A DNA stretch of 64,000 bases from Saccharolobus solfataricus P2 (GCF_000007005.1 NC_002754.1), one strand, 5' to 3'. Shown: positions 1-10,170, numbered from the stretch's first letter. Notes: a model not told the origin generated them from the letters alone. Program-made: numbers and translations.

Positions 1-102
1 GGCACCTAGGGGGAAGGACGTTAACGTTCAAGATGTTGATGTGGGTGATGTGCTGGACTCGTTGTCCCAGTAGGTTTGTTAGAGGCGGAGCATGTAGTGC
101 CT
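1..102 (+). mobile_element. 3' end of IS110-family element (ISC1491-like)
   Basis: Near-identical to 12385-12486 and to the reverse of 53157-53258; ends GTAGTGC-CT. Confidence 0.9.
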
Positions 103-385
103 AATATGAAAAAGACTATATTTTGGTGGGGAAGACCCGGTGTTATCACCTTGTCTTCACCACGTGATAATACCGGGTTCCTCACCTTAAACCTATCTTC
201 AATTAGTTGCGTTCTTGTCAAAGCTATAAATTCTATTATTTTTCAGAATCTGATGTTACCCAACCAAAATTATTTTTTGTAAAACGATTTTGGATCTACC
301 GTTTAGGAGGGGGTAGATCACAGAATTAAATGACTTCATGAGAGCACTTCCAGTTATTGTTAATATTTTGTGATGATATTGTTCT

Positions 386-775
386 TTATTTCCTTATCTT
401 ATTTTTAGCTTCTAATATTTCATTATCAAGGCTCAATATTTCACTATCAAGAATAATGCTAGCGGAGAGGTGAAGTAAATCTAGTGTCTTTAATTTCACT
501 TTACTAGATATTTTAATGGCGAGATCTATCACTTTGCCAAGATCGACTTCTTCAATCTCACATCCGCACTTACTAAGAGTGTAATTAACTATTGCCTCTA
601 ATTCCTCGTCAGTGAGATTTAATTTTCTAGAGTAAACTGAATACATTTCAGCTAAAACTATTTTGCTTATTACTTTCTTACCATCATTAGGATAGGTCTT
701 TAACGCAACCTCATGGTTAGGGTCTTTCTCATTAACTAGTGCTATTGCAAGACTTGTATCAATATAGTATTTCAC
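386..775 (-). CDS. vapC: VapC PIN-domain toxin
   Basis: YYIDTS N-terminus, E, D-LHL..A and SLD acidic PIN residues; overlaps upstream antitoxin. Confidence 0.9.
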   Translation of the reverse strand: MKYYIDTSLAIALVNEKDPNHEVALKTYPNDGKKVISKIVLAEMYSVYSRKLNLTDEELEAIVNYTLSKCGCEIEEVDLGKVIDLAIKISSKVKLKTLDLLHLSASIILDSEILSLDNEILEAKNKIRK

Positions 776-1014
776 TCTCTATCCCTTATTACATCATTTG
801 AGGTTGGCAAATCAAAGAGTAAGCCTTCTTTTAACCACTTCTCTGTTAATTCCTTAACTTTCTTCTTTCTCTCAATCTCTTCCATAGCCTTACTCAAACC
901 ATAAGATATAATCAAGTTAAAAGCCTCATTCTTTGATTTAACTATACCTAACTCAACCATTTGCTCTGCAATACTATAATACTCATCCTTTACCTTTATT
1001 GTTACTATCCTCAT
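772..1014 (-). CDS. vapB: VapB ribbon-helix-helix-type antitoxin
   Basis: 80 aa, IVTIKV strand plus helices, 4-bp overlap with PIN gene. Confidence 0.8.
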   Translation of the reverse strand: MRIVTIKVKDEYYSIAEQMVELGIVKSKNEAFNLIISYGLSKAMEEIERKKKVKELTEKWLKEGLLFDLPTSNDVIRDRE

Positions 1015-1103
1015 ACTATTATATTACTTAAGTAAAAGAATATATAAAGTTAGCGTGTTGCGAGTTACATCAGAATTATACAAAAGTTTATAGTTAATTA
1101 CGT

Positions 1104-2021
1104 CAGTATGGGAATCTCATTTTTCTGATATAAATGATAATATATGTAAGATTGAACCACACCAGTTTTATTCAAATATAACTGCATATATTTTATGAAA
1201 ATGACAGTTAATAAGTCAGTTTTCAATAGCAGAATATAAATATATAGAATTAATTTCACGTAGCTGGAAGGAGGTGCATAGGGTTAGCTGGAGTTTAGGG
1301 GAATGGCGTCTTCACTTCACGGAACGCGCGTCCTTGTTCCACTCTTACCTCCCGATCGAGGAGATTCGAGAGGGAGACCGAGAACTCCCACAACTTTACC
1401 TTCCTCCAAGAGCGGATCAAGAACCAGACATTCAAGAGAAGATAGGAAAGCAGAACGAGAACCAGTTCCTTCCTCACGTCACAAGTCCTAGTCCTGATCC
1501 TGAACTCCTCAAGAGAGCGGAAGGCGTTCTCTATCCCCCACCTCTCCCTGTACATCTCGGCAAGGACTATGGCATCATAAAGATCCATCTCCCTCCTCAC
1601 GAGGAAGGCAATAATCTTGCCGTCTTCCTTCCTCAGGATAATGAGATAAGCTCCACTCCCATATCTCACGCAGAGAAATCCAGTATATCTAACTCCGCCA
1701 AAACTCACATCCACATCCTGCAACATTCCCTTGTACTTCTTGTACATCTGGACCTTGGCAGATATGACGAAGTCCAAGCCCAACTCCAAGAGGTATCTAA
1801 TCACTTCGTTCACTGCGAACTCCTTGTCCGCGAAGACCATGACGAGCCTCAGCTTGTCCTCCTCCAACTCCTTCACGATTACCTCCATCACCGCCTTGAA
1901 ACCTTCAGCTACGTTCTTCACGGTCACTGGGATCACGTCCAGGAAGCTCCTCGTCCTCCCCAGGAGGAAGATCGCGGCTTGAACCAGTCCCCACGACGTC
2001 CCCTTAGTTGGCTTTATCCTA
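1104..2021 (-). mobile_element. ISC1359-like ISH3-family IS, 5' truncated by SM2
   Basis: TIR CAGTATGGGAATCTC preceded by ACGT; transposase fragment 1295-2050 near-identical to 57647-58774. Confidence 0.9.
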
Positions 2022-2022
2022 T

Positions 2023-2206
2023 TAGTAGTTTTAGGATATTCCCTTACCATAAAAAGTCAAAATATTTATCCATGTATTTATAAATATCTTTCATTGTACT
2101 TCTTAATATTATAGCTTATCAATAAGCATTTTTCATCTAACCAGGAAAGATTTACTATATATTTTTAACGTAACGTAAAAGTGTAACGATTTTCCTATAA
2201 ATGCTA
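2023..2206. mobile_element. SM2-like MITE (184 bp)
   Basis: Three near-identical copies (2023, 32135, 33062); TAGTAG..GCTA termini resemble ISC1217 ends. Confidence 0.75.
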
Positions 2207-2339
2207 CTCGTACTTTCTCGGCTTAAGATTTAAATTTCTTAGAATCATAAGTATTAATTGTGCGAGGGTTACGAGGTTCATATTGGTAACCCTCACAAAA
2301 AATCTCGTAACCTATATATAGGTTAATTAGCTGGGGAGA

Positions 2340-2470
2340 GTAATATTCTCCTCAGCTGGGGAAAAATGGTCGAATGGGAAATTGAAGCAAAGTCTTCGGG
2401 CGAGGGCGTGACGAGCCCCTACAGTCGGACTGAACATTGTGAAAATATTCACGAATATAGGTGTGACACA
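2340..2470 (+). ncRNA. Candidate bridge RNA (target- and donor-binding loops)
   Basis: ACTGAAC (2429-2435) equals the right end; ATATAGG (2455-2461) complements the left end CCTATAT; GCGAGGG (2400-2406) complements the target flank CCCTCGC. Boundaries approximate. Confidence 0.8.
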
Positions 2471-3069
2471 AGCGTAGGGGTAATTGGAATAGACGTATCA
2501 AAAGAACACTTGGTAACAAGTAAGGGGAGGGTGAGAAAATTCACAAACAACGAGAAGGGCTACGAAGAAATACTAACCATGAAGCCAAACATCATCGTAA
2601 TAGAACCCACAGGAGTATACTCAACAAGACCTTGCCAATACTTCAAAGAAAGAGGAGTGAAAGTCCTACTAGTCAGCCTTGCTATGGAAAGAAAAGGACG
2701 TAAGGGGAAGAAAACAGATTTTTACGACGCAGAAAAACTTGAAAACATGGTAAATAAGTCTAGAGAATACGTTAACAACCCCTTGAAAGAGTTAGTATCA
2801 CTCTACCTCTTCATGAAGGATGTGCAAACGAAACAAGAGAACAGGTTAAGGAGAGCTCTCTTCCTCGTGAGCGACGAGGAGAAGTTGAGCGAGGAGAGAT
2901 TGGAGAAGTTCTCTAAGGGAGACTTCTCTGACGTAAAACTGTATCAACTGGAATACACTGGTACAGTACTACGTGAGATTCAAGTCCTAGCGAGGACACT
3001 AATTCAAACACGAGAAGAGTTGAAGGAGGTGAGGAAAATGATAGAGGGTAATGTGCCTCAAGACCACGT

Positions 3070-4118
3070 TAGTGTTTCCGAAAAGTTTATAGATTAGTAT
3101 TACCAGATTGAACTATGCAAGATTTGGTTCAAGCTTATAAGGAAGAGAAGAACGCGAGAATTAAGGAGAGGATTCTTGCGGTGAAGCTGCACGTAGTTGA
3201 TGGTAAATCGGAGAAAGAAGTTTCGAAAATGCTTAACAAGGGCTATTCCACGATAAAATTGTGGATTGGCAAGTACAAGAAAGAAGGTCTTGATGGACTA
3301 AAGGACAAGCCCAGATCAGGAAGACCCAGAAAAGTAGAAGAGGAAAAGATAAAACAAATTCTGGAAGATAAGCCCCAAAAATACGGAATACAACAAGAGT
3401 ACTGGACAATGAAAACACTCAAGATAGCACTACAAGAACAAGGAATAGAATACAAGAAATCCAGACTATACGAACTAGTCCACGAACTAGGATACAACCT
3501 AGTAAAACCCAGACCTACCAACATCCAAGCAGAAAAGGACAAGTGGGAAGATTTTAAAAAAAATAAAGAAATTGGAAAGAAAGGCACTATTCTTTCTAGA
3601 CGAGTGTAGGACAGTAATTAGCACGTCAATTAAGAAGGTTCTAGCTAAGGTTGGCAGTAAGCCCGTAATGCGCGTCAATATAGGTTTTTCCTCAATCTAT
3701 GTTATTCTAGCTATAAACGCTTGGACCGGCGAAGTAGTGGTTTCTCTTGCTAAAAGGCCTAACTCTGAATCCGTTAAGTATTTCTTGAGGTACTTTAAGA
3801 GGCGTGTGGGTAGTGGTAGGGTTTACATGGTCATGGATAATTACTCTCCTCACAAGACTAAGGGTACGCTTGAGGTTTGTCGCAGGAAGGGTATTCATCC
3901 CGTGTTTACTCCTCCTTACTCGCCTGAGCTTAATATGGCTGAGGCGGTCTTCAAGTCCCTCAAGAACTACATGAGCAATAAAATATTCTATACGATAGAA
4001 GACGTTAAAAACTGTATTAAACAGTTCTTTGAAGAAAATAAGTATAGATTTAATCTTAATGCAATAACATACCTAGGATTAGATAAAATTGAAGTCTAAG
4101 AACTTTCCGGAAATACTA
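3070..4118 (+). mobile_element. ISC1048-like IS630-family IS
   Basis: 1049 bp, TAGT..ACTA TIRs, GT duplication; HTH ORF 3115-3609 and DDE ORF 3572-4099 joined at an A-run. Confidence 0.9.
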
Positions 4119-4493
4119 GTGTTACTCACGATTTCCGGAATAGGGAAACTGGCAGCTGGGATTATAATTGGGATTGTGGGTGATATTAGGCGCTTCCCAA
4201 GACCTGAATCCTTCGTTGCTTATTGCGGTTTAGACCCGGTAGTTGAGAGGAGTGGTAGGATTGAGGTTAGAAAGGGTATCTCCAAGAGGGGTAACAAGTA
4301 TTTGCGTAGCTTGTTTTATTTCCTTGCCGAGACTCAATATTCGCGTAACCCTACTCTCCTTAAGCTCCACGAAGCTCACAAGGACAAACTGAAGGGTAGG
4401 AAACTGTACACTGCCTTAGCTAGGAAGTTGGCTAGGATAGTGTGGAGTGTTTGGTATAATAATAAGCCTTATGAGGTGAAGTGACCCTCCCCT

Positions 4494-4520
4494 ATCACGC
4501 GGATTGAAAGAGTCCGCGTG
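4494..4520 (+). terminator. Hairpin just after IS110 transposase stop
   Basis: CACGCGGA-loop-TCCGCGTG 8-bp stem; function inferred. Confidence 0.35.
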
Positions 4521-4577
4521 GCAATAGTAGCTGATACTATGCTCAAAATTCGACCGAAAGATTTATTACTGAACGCC

Positions 4578-4722
4578 CTCGCACATAAGCTTTTTCAGAG
4601 GCTGTTTTCATGTTCTAATTCCTTAGCTACATCTCGATCGAAACGATTAATTGTGAAAATTTCTAGTTTAATTTTATTTTACTATATGATATCGAATAAG
4701 ATGACTGCATGAGAACACTCCC
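4578..4722. mobile_element. Part of ~330-bp MITE (GGGAGTGTTCTCA TIR family); left part at ~2250-2310
   Basis: Homologous to 36078-36405; split by the IS110 insertion. Confidence 0.75.
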
Positions 4723-4738
4723 TATAATTTAGAGAGTG

Positions 4739-5338
4739 TTATTTGGAAGTTTGCCTTATATCCTTTAACACATTTTCTATTTCCTTGAATAGTTCGTCAA
4801 TAGCCTTTTCTATGCAGTTATCTTTTATCTTTTTTAACTCCTTTTTATATTCTTGACAGCATCCTCTGCCTCTAAATTCTTTTATCTGCTCATTACAAAT
4901 TTTTAAAATAAAGTCCTCAATACAGCAATAATATCCGAGAAAGACGAAGTACATACGAAATTTTTTACTTCCTACTGAACATGAAAATCTATAAATATCA
5001 TATTCATTGTTAAGCTTTATCACGTCAGATGTGTATATTCCGTAATCTTTTGCAGTTTCCTTTACGCATTCTACATAATCTAAGGTACAGTGTTCCTTAT
5101 CTATAAATATTATGTAGTTCAAGGAGAATCTCTTAACATCGTTTTTAACAAACTTAAGTACACTCTCAATCCCAATACCTATAGGCAAACTTTTACCCTT
5201 AGCACCGCTCTCCGGAATAAACAGTAATAGCTCACAGTATTTATCCTTGTTCTTCTCAAGAGCGTTTCTGACAATCTCCCTATCAAAAGATCCGTCTCCA
5301 AAAACTATTTCGGTTGTAGCATTACTGCTGAATTTCAT
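4739..5338 (-). CDS. TOPRIM-like (DUF3226-like) protein, partner of ABC ATPase
   Basis: IVFGDG-FD, IFIDKE and CCIEDFI motifs; abuts upstream ATPase. Confidence 0.6.
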   Translation of the reverse strand: MKFSSNATTEIVFGDGSFDREIVRNALEKNKDKYCELLLFIPESGAKGKSLPIGIGIESVLKFVKNDVKRFSLNYIIFIDKEHCTLDYVECVKETAKDYGIYTSDVIKLNNEYDIYRFSCSVGSKKFRMYFVFLGYYCCIEDFILKICNEQIKEFRGRGCCQEYKKELKKIKDNCIEKAIDELFKEIENVLKDIRQTSK

Positions 5339-6732
5339 CAGTGTATTTTTAATGCAGTATATCTTAAATCTTCATAGTATAGCCTATCCAAAACCTCCTC
5401 AGATGTAAGAACTTCATATTTATCATCGTTAATTAATATAAACCTAACCTTATCCGACCGCTTTTCAGCTAAATACGCGTAAATATCACTGCTTTGTGTG
5501 GTAATAAGTATTAAGTCAACGTCTATTTTCAGTAGAAGATCATAGAACATCTTAAGCAAATCCGGATGCAATGCGAAGCCCTCCAGATCATCTATCAGAA
5601 TAATTCTCGGCTGGTAAATTACATATAGCAAGATGAAATTCAATAAGCTCTTATAACCATAACCAAGTTCGTTGATTGACACATCAGTTCTGTCATTAAA
5701 AAGCACCCTAAGTTCATTCCCAGAAGATAGATAAACGTAGAATATGTTAGGGTCAAATGAGTTCAATAATTCAGTAACTTTACGTAAACTTGATTTCACG
5801 TAAGGGAGTACCTTATCGTCAATCACAAAGTCAATATCGTGGGAGTATATTAAGAGTACGTTCACATCTGCAGACCTATTAACTTGTGAGTAGGAAAACT
5901 CAGCCTTATAGTAGGTGTAGTTTACAAACAGTTCGGTTTCAGCAATTTCTGTTGAGATATTCCCTCTGAACTTCCTTATCTTATCCTCATTTTTACCTAA
6001 CATTGCTATAGCTTCCAATATGGTTGTCTTCCCTACGTTATTCTTACCCAGAATTACCCCTATTTTAAACTCTGGAAAAATCATCTTGAAATCCCTAAAC
6101 CTTCTAAAATTACTTATCCTAATTCCAATTCCCAGGCTTGACAGTCGTTCCGGTAAGCTTAATATATACTGAGTGTTTACATAAGGAGAGTCGTAAAGCC
6201 TGACAAATGCTCCTTTACCGTATTTGTAAATCCAGGTGGAATAAAGCGTGTAAGGATGGCTCTTTACTATACTTATGGGTATTAACAAGGGATGAGGTTC
6301 AACGGGTCTCCACGAATCTTTAGGATCATATTTTAACATTTCACCCACTATGGAATTTTCACTCTTCTCAGACAGAGGTTTATGTCCCATTACGCTTATA
6401 GGCTTAAAAGGGAAAGGATTTCCCTTACTAAAGAGCTCCTTTTTTATACCATCCTTCTCGATGTAGAAAAAGGGGACATCGCCAGTCCAAATTACAACAC
6501 CTCCTCTTTCCATAAATTTAAATAGCGGGGTCTCATTTACGGGTATTTTAGGATATTCATATAGGGAATATGGAATAACGTCCGTACCGAAAATTAGGAA
6601 AGCCCTCTCTTTTTGAGAGTTAACCCAATCAACTACTGAATTATAATCTACGACTTTTACCTCCTTAAGTGGCTTACTGCAAAGTTCGTTTGCCCAACTG
6701 TATGTTTTACCGCAATAGATTGCCATTTCCAT
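5338..6732 (-). CDS. Unknown N-terminal domain fused to AAA_15/AAA_21 ABC-type ATPase
   Basis: Walker A GKNNVGKTT, LGYGYK signature, LIDDLEG Walker B, TTQS; extra ~200-aa N-terminus with FMERGGVVIWTG. Confidence 0.8.
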   Translation of the reverse strand: MEMAIYCGKTYSWANELCSKPLKEVKVVDYNSVVDWVNSQKERAFLIFGTDVIPYSLYEYPKIPVNETPLFKFMERGGVVIWTGDVPFFYIEKDGIKKELFSKGNPFPFKPISVMGHKPLSEKSENSIVGEMLKYDPKDSWRPVEPHPLLIPISIVKSHPYTLYSTWIYKYGKGAFVRLYDSPYVNTQYILSLPERLSSLGIGIRISNFRRFRDFKMIFPEFKIGVILGKNNVGKTTILEAIAMLGKNEDKIRKFRGNISTEIAETELFVNYTYYKAEFSYSQVNRSADVNVLLIYSHDIDFVIDDKVLPYVKSSLRKVTELLNSFDPNIFYVYLSSGNELRVLFNDRTDVSINELGYGYKSLLNFILLYVIYQPRIILIDDLEGFALHPDLLKMFYDLLLKIDVDLILITTQSSDIYAYLAEKRSDKVRFILINDDKYEVLTSEEVLDRLYYEDLRYTALKIH

Positions 6733-6914
6733 AATCTAGTTTACTCAATTCGGTATAAAAAGGACTCACTTAGTATCAGCGAGATACTCGTTTGTGAAAT
6801 TCTAAGTTAGGTTATAAATTTTTCCTCATCAGCTATGCTGGACCATTCATGTTTACATTTTGAATTCATTATATTTCAAAAATTATAATGAATTCAATTA
6901 AGTGAAAACGGTCA

Positions 6915-7210
6915 AAAGTATTAGTAAAATTAAATTAAACTAGAAATTTTCACAATTAGTCGTTTTAATCGAGATGTAGCTAAGGAATTAGAACGTGAAA
7001 AACGGCCTCTGAAAAGCTCATGTGCGAGGGTTATGAAATCTTTTTGTGGTCGTACTAGAATGAGCCTCGTAAACCCTTTCACATAAGCTTTTCTAAAATA
7101 ATGTCTTTGTTCAAATTTCTATATCTTAAGCGTTAAACAAGAGTTTTTCCATATTACTCCAATATTTTTACAAATATTTTTCGAATTTCATGACTGTTTG
7201 AGAACACTCC
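6915..7210. mobile_element. Inverted copy of ~330-bp MITE
   Basis: Reverse complement of 36078-36405; one TIR kept (GACTGTTTGAGAACACTCC). Confidence 0.75.
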
Positions 7211-7735
7211 ACTCTAACAATTCTTTAATCTTACTCTCATCATAATTAACGTATATTTTGCCATTTTTCTTCTCTATAATTACATATTCCTTCAAAAGAC
7301 CCGCATGAGCTATGAAATTCCTCTTTAACTCCTCTTCCGACAATTGTTTACTTCTTCCTTCCTCATCTTCGCTGTAAATTTCACTATATTGCTTTCTTTC
7401 TCCCTCTTTCAGATCTTTTGCCAAATTATAAATAATATTAATCTCCCTACTTATTAACGGTCCGGCGTTCATAGAAAACTTTTCTAAAATCTTTCCAAAC
7501 TCCTCAATCTCCTCTTTAGTGTTATCCTTAACCTTACTACATACATAATCACATATAACATCAACCCAGGCACGATCTGGGTAAAGTTTCTCATTTATCT
7601 TTATTTCTTTACCTTCAATTTTCACATTATTTAGGAAATACTGATAGTAATCATTATTAAACTCCTTTTTCTCTTTACATAAGCTTACTTTTAAATCTAC
7701 GCTTGATTTCGAATTTAAGTAAAATTGATAATCTT
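7188..7735 (-). pseudogene. csx1: csx1 C-terminal remnant (HEPN only)
   Basis: RNFIAHAG RxxxxH motif typical of Sulfolobus Csx1; frame closed at ~7735, no CARF domain; last codons come from the MITE. Confidence 0.75.
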
Positions 7736-8010
7736 AACAGCTTATTAGTCTAAGGTATTCAAAAAAGTAGCAAAAATTCATATGTGTTCCCCAAACAGCA
7801 AAATGATTAACTTAAAAGGTTGAAAAATACGCTAAAAGCGACTCAAGCATGGTATACTTCTTTATCCGCTTGATAACGTTTAGGCGTTCATCTTTAGCTG
7901 CGGCTTCATCAGATATAATGTTGATTTGAAATAGATATGAATCTTGCTGATAGTCTATAATGATAAAAGATTTAGCAAAATATGATTAAATTAATATTTA
8001 GTGACCCATA

Positions 8011-9351
8011 TTGGTTGACGACACGCATAAGATTTTTCAGAACTGTGATGAGAAGAACGATATATATTATCCAATATGCAACAAACTACAAATACTTTGC
8101 CCACGACTAGTACCAGGTCCTCTATGGAGGCTCAGCATAGCAAATATATCTAGAATGAGTCCACAAGCAGCCCTAGCAATATGCGACTCCTGCTCTGAAA
8201 TCATAGAGAAAATATCTCAATATTGGATGTCTCTAGATAGAAGTGGAAAATGTGAGGTATGCAATAAACTTGGGAGAGAAATAGACGAGGTCTGGCTGTA
8301 CTGTGTAATCGATGAAAACGGGAACATAGTAAGTAATATAACAACAAAAGAAAATTTCACACTAACAGAGTCAAGACTTTATAAGGGCATAGCTTATCTT
8401 CAAAGGCTCGAACTACTATGTGAGAAGTGCCACATAGCGAAGCACCAAGGCTATGCATTAGTTCATGGGAGAAAGCAAGAAGCATTAGAGCAATTGGCTC
8501 AGATACATAAACTAGACCTTAATAAAACAGAAGAACTAGTAAAAGAAGCCTTCTTTATACATGGAAAAATAAGCAAAATAAAAGAGTGGACGATAAAGAT
8601 AGGAGAACTAAATGGGTTAGACAAAGAGCTTAGACTGAGGGTAGAGGAGTTACTAAATATTATGTATAGGAAAGGGTTCTTTGTAGACGGAAGATGGTTA
8701 TATTATCAATACCCTAATTACTACCAAGAGGTAGAACCTAGAATAATACAAGAAACTATGACTGTACTAGCTAAAACTTCGAATAAGGCTGGAACAACTA
8801 ATGTAGCTGATAAATGGATAGAGAGTTTGCTAGAAATTATTAGGGAAGAATTAGAACCAAAAGGTATACGCGTACTACCTCACGAATTCAAGCTATTTAT
8901 TAAATATCTCCTAGAGGATAAGAAACTTAGTAATCTCTTGCAAGGAATGTTTAATTATGCCTTACAGGGCAAGTCAGAACTTTTTGCGACCTATATTTCC
9001 TTATTGGATTATGATGACTTAATAGGTAAATGGATGGTTTTCGTTCCTACTGACCTCTATCCCAAAATATTCCGATATATGCTGGAGGCTTTGGAAAAAG
9101 CTAAGCTAGCATATAGTGCCAAAATAGTGTCTTCAAGAGACCAGTATACCTCTAAAGGAGAGTTACCCATAATAATATATGTTCCGGTATCTTTTGCTAC
9201 TAGCTACATTGCAGAAGTTGCTAAAGTAATGAAAAACACGCTAGAAAATCATCATATAAGTAAAAATATGTTCTTTAAACCAGACCTATTCACAGAGAAA
9301 GGCATATACTCAAGCAATGCAAATTACAGATCGTACATATATATTTACTAG
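8011..9351 (+). CDS. HNH-like Zn nuclease domain fused to DUF1917 (eIF4E-like fold) domain
   Basis: LVPGPLW, CEVC, EIDEVW, LLCEKCHIAKHQG; C-terminal GKWMVF, YSAKIV, FKPDLFTEKGIY. Recognised by motif only. Confidence 0.7.
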   Translation: MVDDTHKIFQNCDEKNDIYYPICNKLQILCPRLVPGPLWRLSIANISRMSPQAALAICDSCSEIIEKISQYWMSLDRSGKCEVCNKLGREIDEVWLYCVIDENGNIVSNITTKENFTLTESRLYKGIAYLQRLELLCEKCHIAKHQGYALVHGRKQEALEQLAQIHKLDLNKTEELVKEAFFIHGKISKIKEWTIKIGELNGLDKELRLRVEELLNIMYRKGFFVDGRWLYYQYPNYYQEVEPRIIQETMTVLAKTSNKAGTTNVADKWIESLLEIIREELEPKGIRVLPHEFKLFIKYLLEDKKLSNLLQGMFNYALQGKSELFATYISLLDYDDLIGKWMVFVPTDLYPKIFRYMLEALEKAKLAYSAKIVSSRDQYTSKGELPIIIYVPVSFATSYIAEVAKVMKNTLENHHISKNMFFKPDLFTEKGIYSSNANYRSYIYIY

Positions 9352-9513
9352 TGGTTCCATGCATAGTTGGTATAATATTAAAGCGCTAGGATTACAGTTT
9401 AATATCGGATTAATTAACAGTAGGAATCTTAATTCTTGCTCCCTTCTAAGGAGGTAATACTTTGTTAATCTTACTTAACGTTTATTAAAGATATTACTTC
9501 AATAATAATTTTT

Positions 9514-9744
9514 ATGGAAAATAAGATGAAGTACAAGAAACTTTTCGTAATTATGCGATTTATGAATAGAGCTACAGGTAATTGCTGTAGTCTGGAGTAC
9601 TTGACAGAGAAGACATCAGTAGATAAGGAAGAGGTGCCAGTGCATTTATACAGGTTAACAGACAGGGATATAATCGGGAGGAAGTGCATAAGGGTAGGAA
9701 AAGAGAGAATGTATTGCTTAAAGTATAAGGAGGAGATGTTATGA
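9514..9744 (+). CDS. Small winged-helix protein
   Basis: SLEYLTEKTSVDKEEV HTH-like segment followed by wing strands. Confidence 0.55.
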   Translation: MENKMKYKKLFVIMRFMNRATGNCCSLEYLTEKTSVDKEEVPVHLYRLTDRDIIGRKCIRVGKERMYCLKYKEEML

Positions 9745-10039
9745 GCGCATACAAGAATTTACTGCAAATTGGAATGCAAGTTTCTAGTGGAGCAAGAGGC
9801 TTTCTTATCTCTTTAGCTTTCAGAAATACGGACCCACAGAACAGTATTGAGATATGGTTTCCTATAGATGGATATCTTGACCTACAAAGAAACGAGAAAG
9901 GATATATAAGGAATGAGTACGTTTGCAGGATTTTAGAAACCAACCCATACGTTGCATCTCCTACGGGGAATTCACGCAAAACTAGAGAACGAGTAAAACC
10001 AAGTATTACAAGAGAAAAACAAATAAGCAAGAAAGAAGA

Positions 10040-10170
10040 AAACAACATAAGCCCAGTCGCAACATGGGGATAAAAACCCCATTAGATGAGGCTGGCTGTG
10101 AAGCCCCTAGAACGATCTAACAAGAGGGGACAAAACCCCGAGTAGGAGTGTGCAAGTAAATTTTTCTAGG
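10040..10170 (+). ncRNA. Candidate bridge RNA of ISC1491-like element
   Basis: Twin GGGGA-AAAA-CCCC hairpins; GTAGGAG (10142-10148) complements left end CTCCTAC. Boundaries approximate. Confidence 0.6.

Larger units (their letters stand above)
2311..4577 (+). mobile_element. IS110-family element (ISC1229-like) interrupted by IS630
   Basis: GIDV, EPTG, KTDFYDA RuvC-like DEDD half (2366-3097) and VERSG Tnp half (to 4484); CC core at both ends; about 1216 bp without the insert. Confidence 0.9.

Noticed and set aside
283-325. Shared GATTTTGG(A/G)TCTACCG motif at 283, 29617 and inverted near 29115
   Set aside because: Probably eroded IS605/MITE ends; too short to define
1274-2083. Long ORFs antisense to transposases (also 22364, 57968, 60714, 11510, 53650)
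   Set aside because: Shadow frames of GC-rich IS coding strands, repeated with each IS copy
2366-2470. N-terminal 35 aa of the IS110 ORF
   Set aside because: Overlaps the candidate guide RNA and is not conserved in frame in the 28 kb and 57 kb copies
9960-10073. C-terminus of ORF 9741-10073
   Set aside because: Read-through into the IS110 leader; the true frame resumes at 12487
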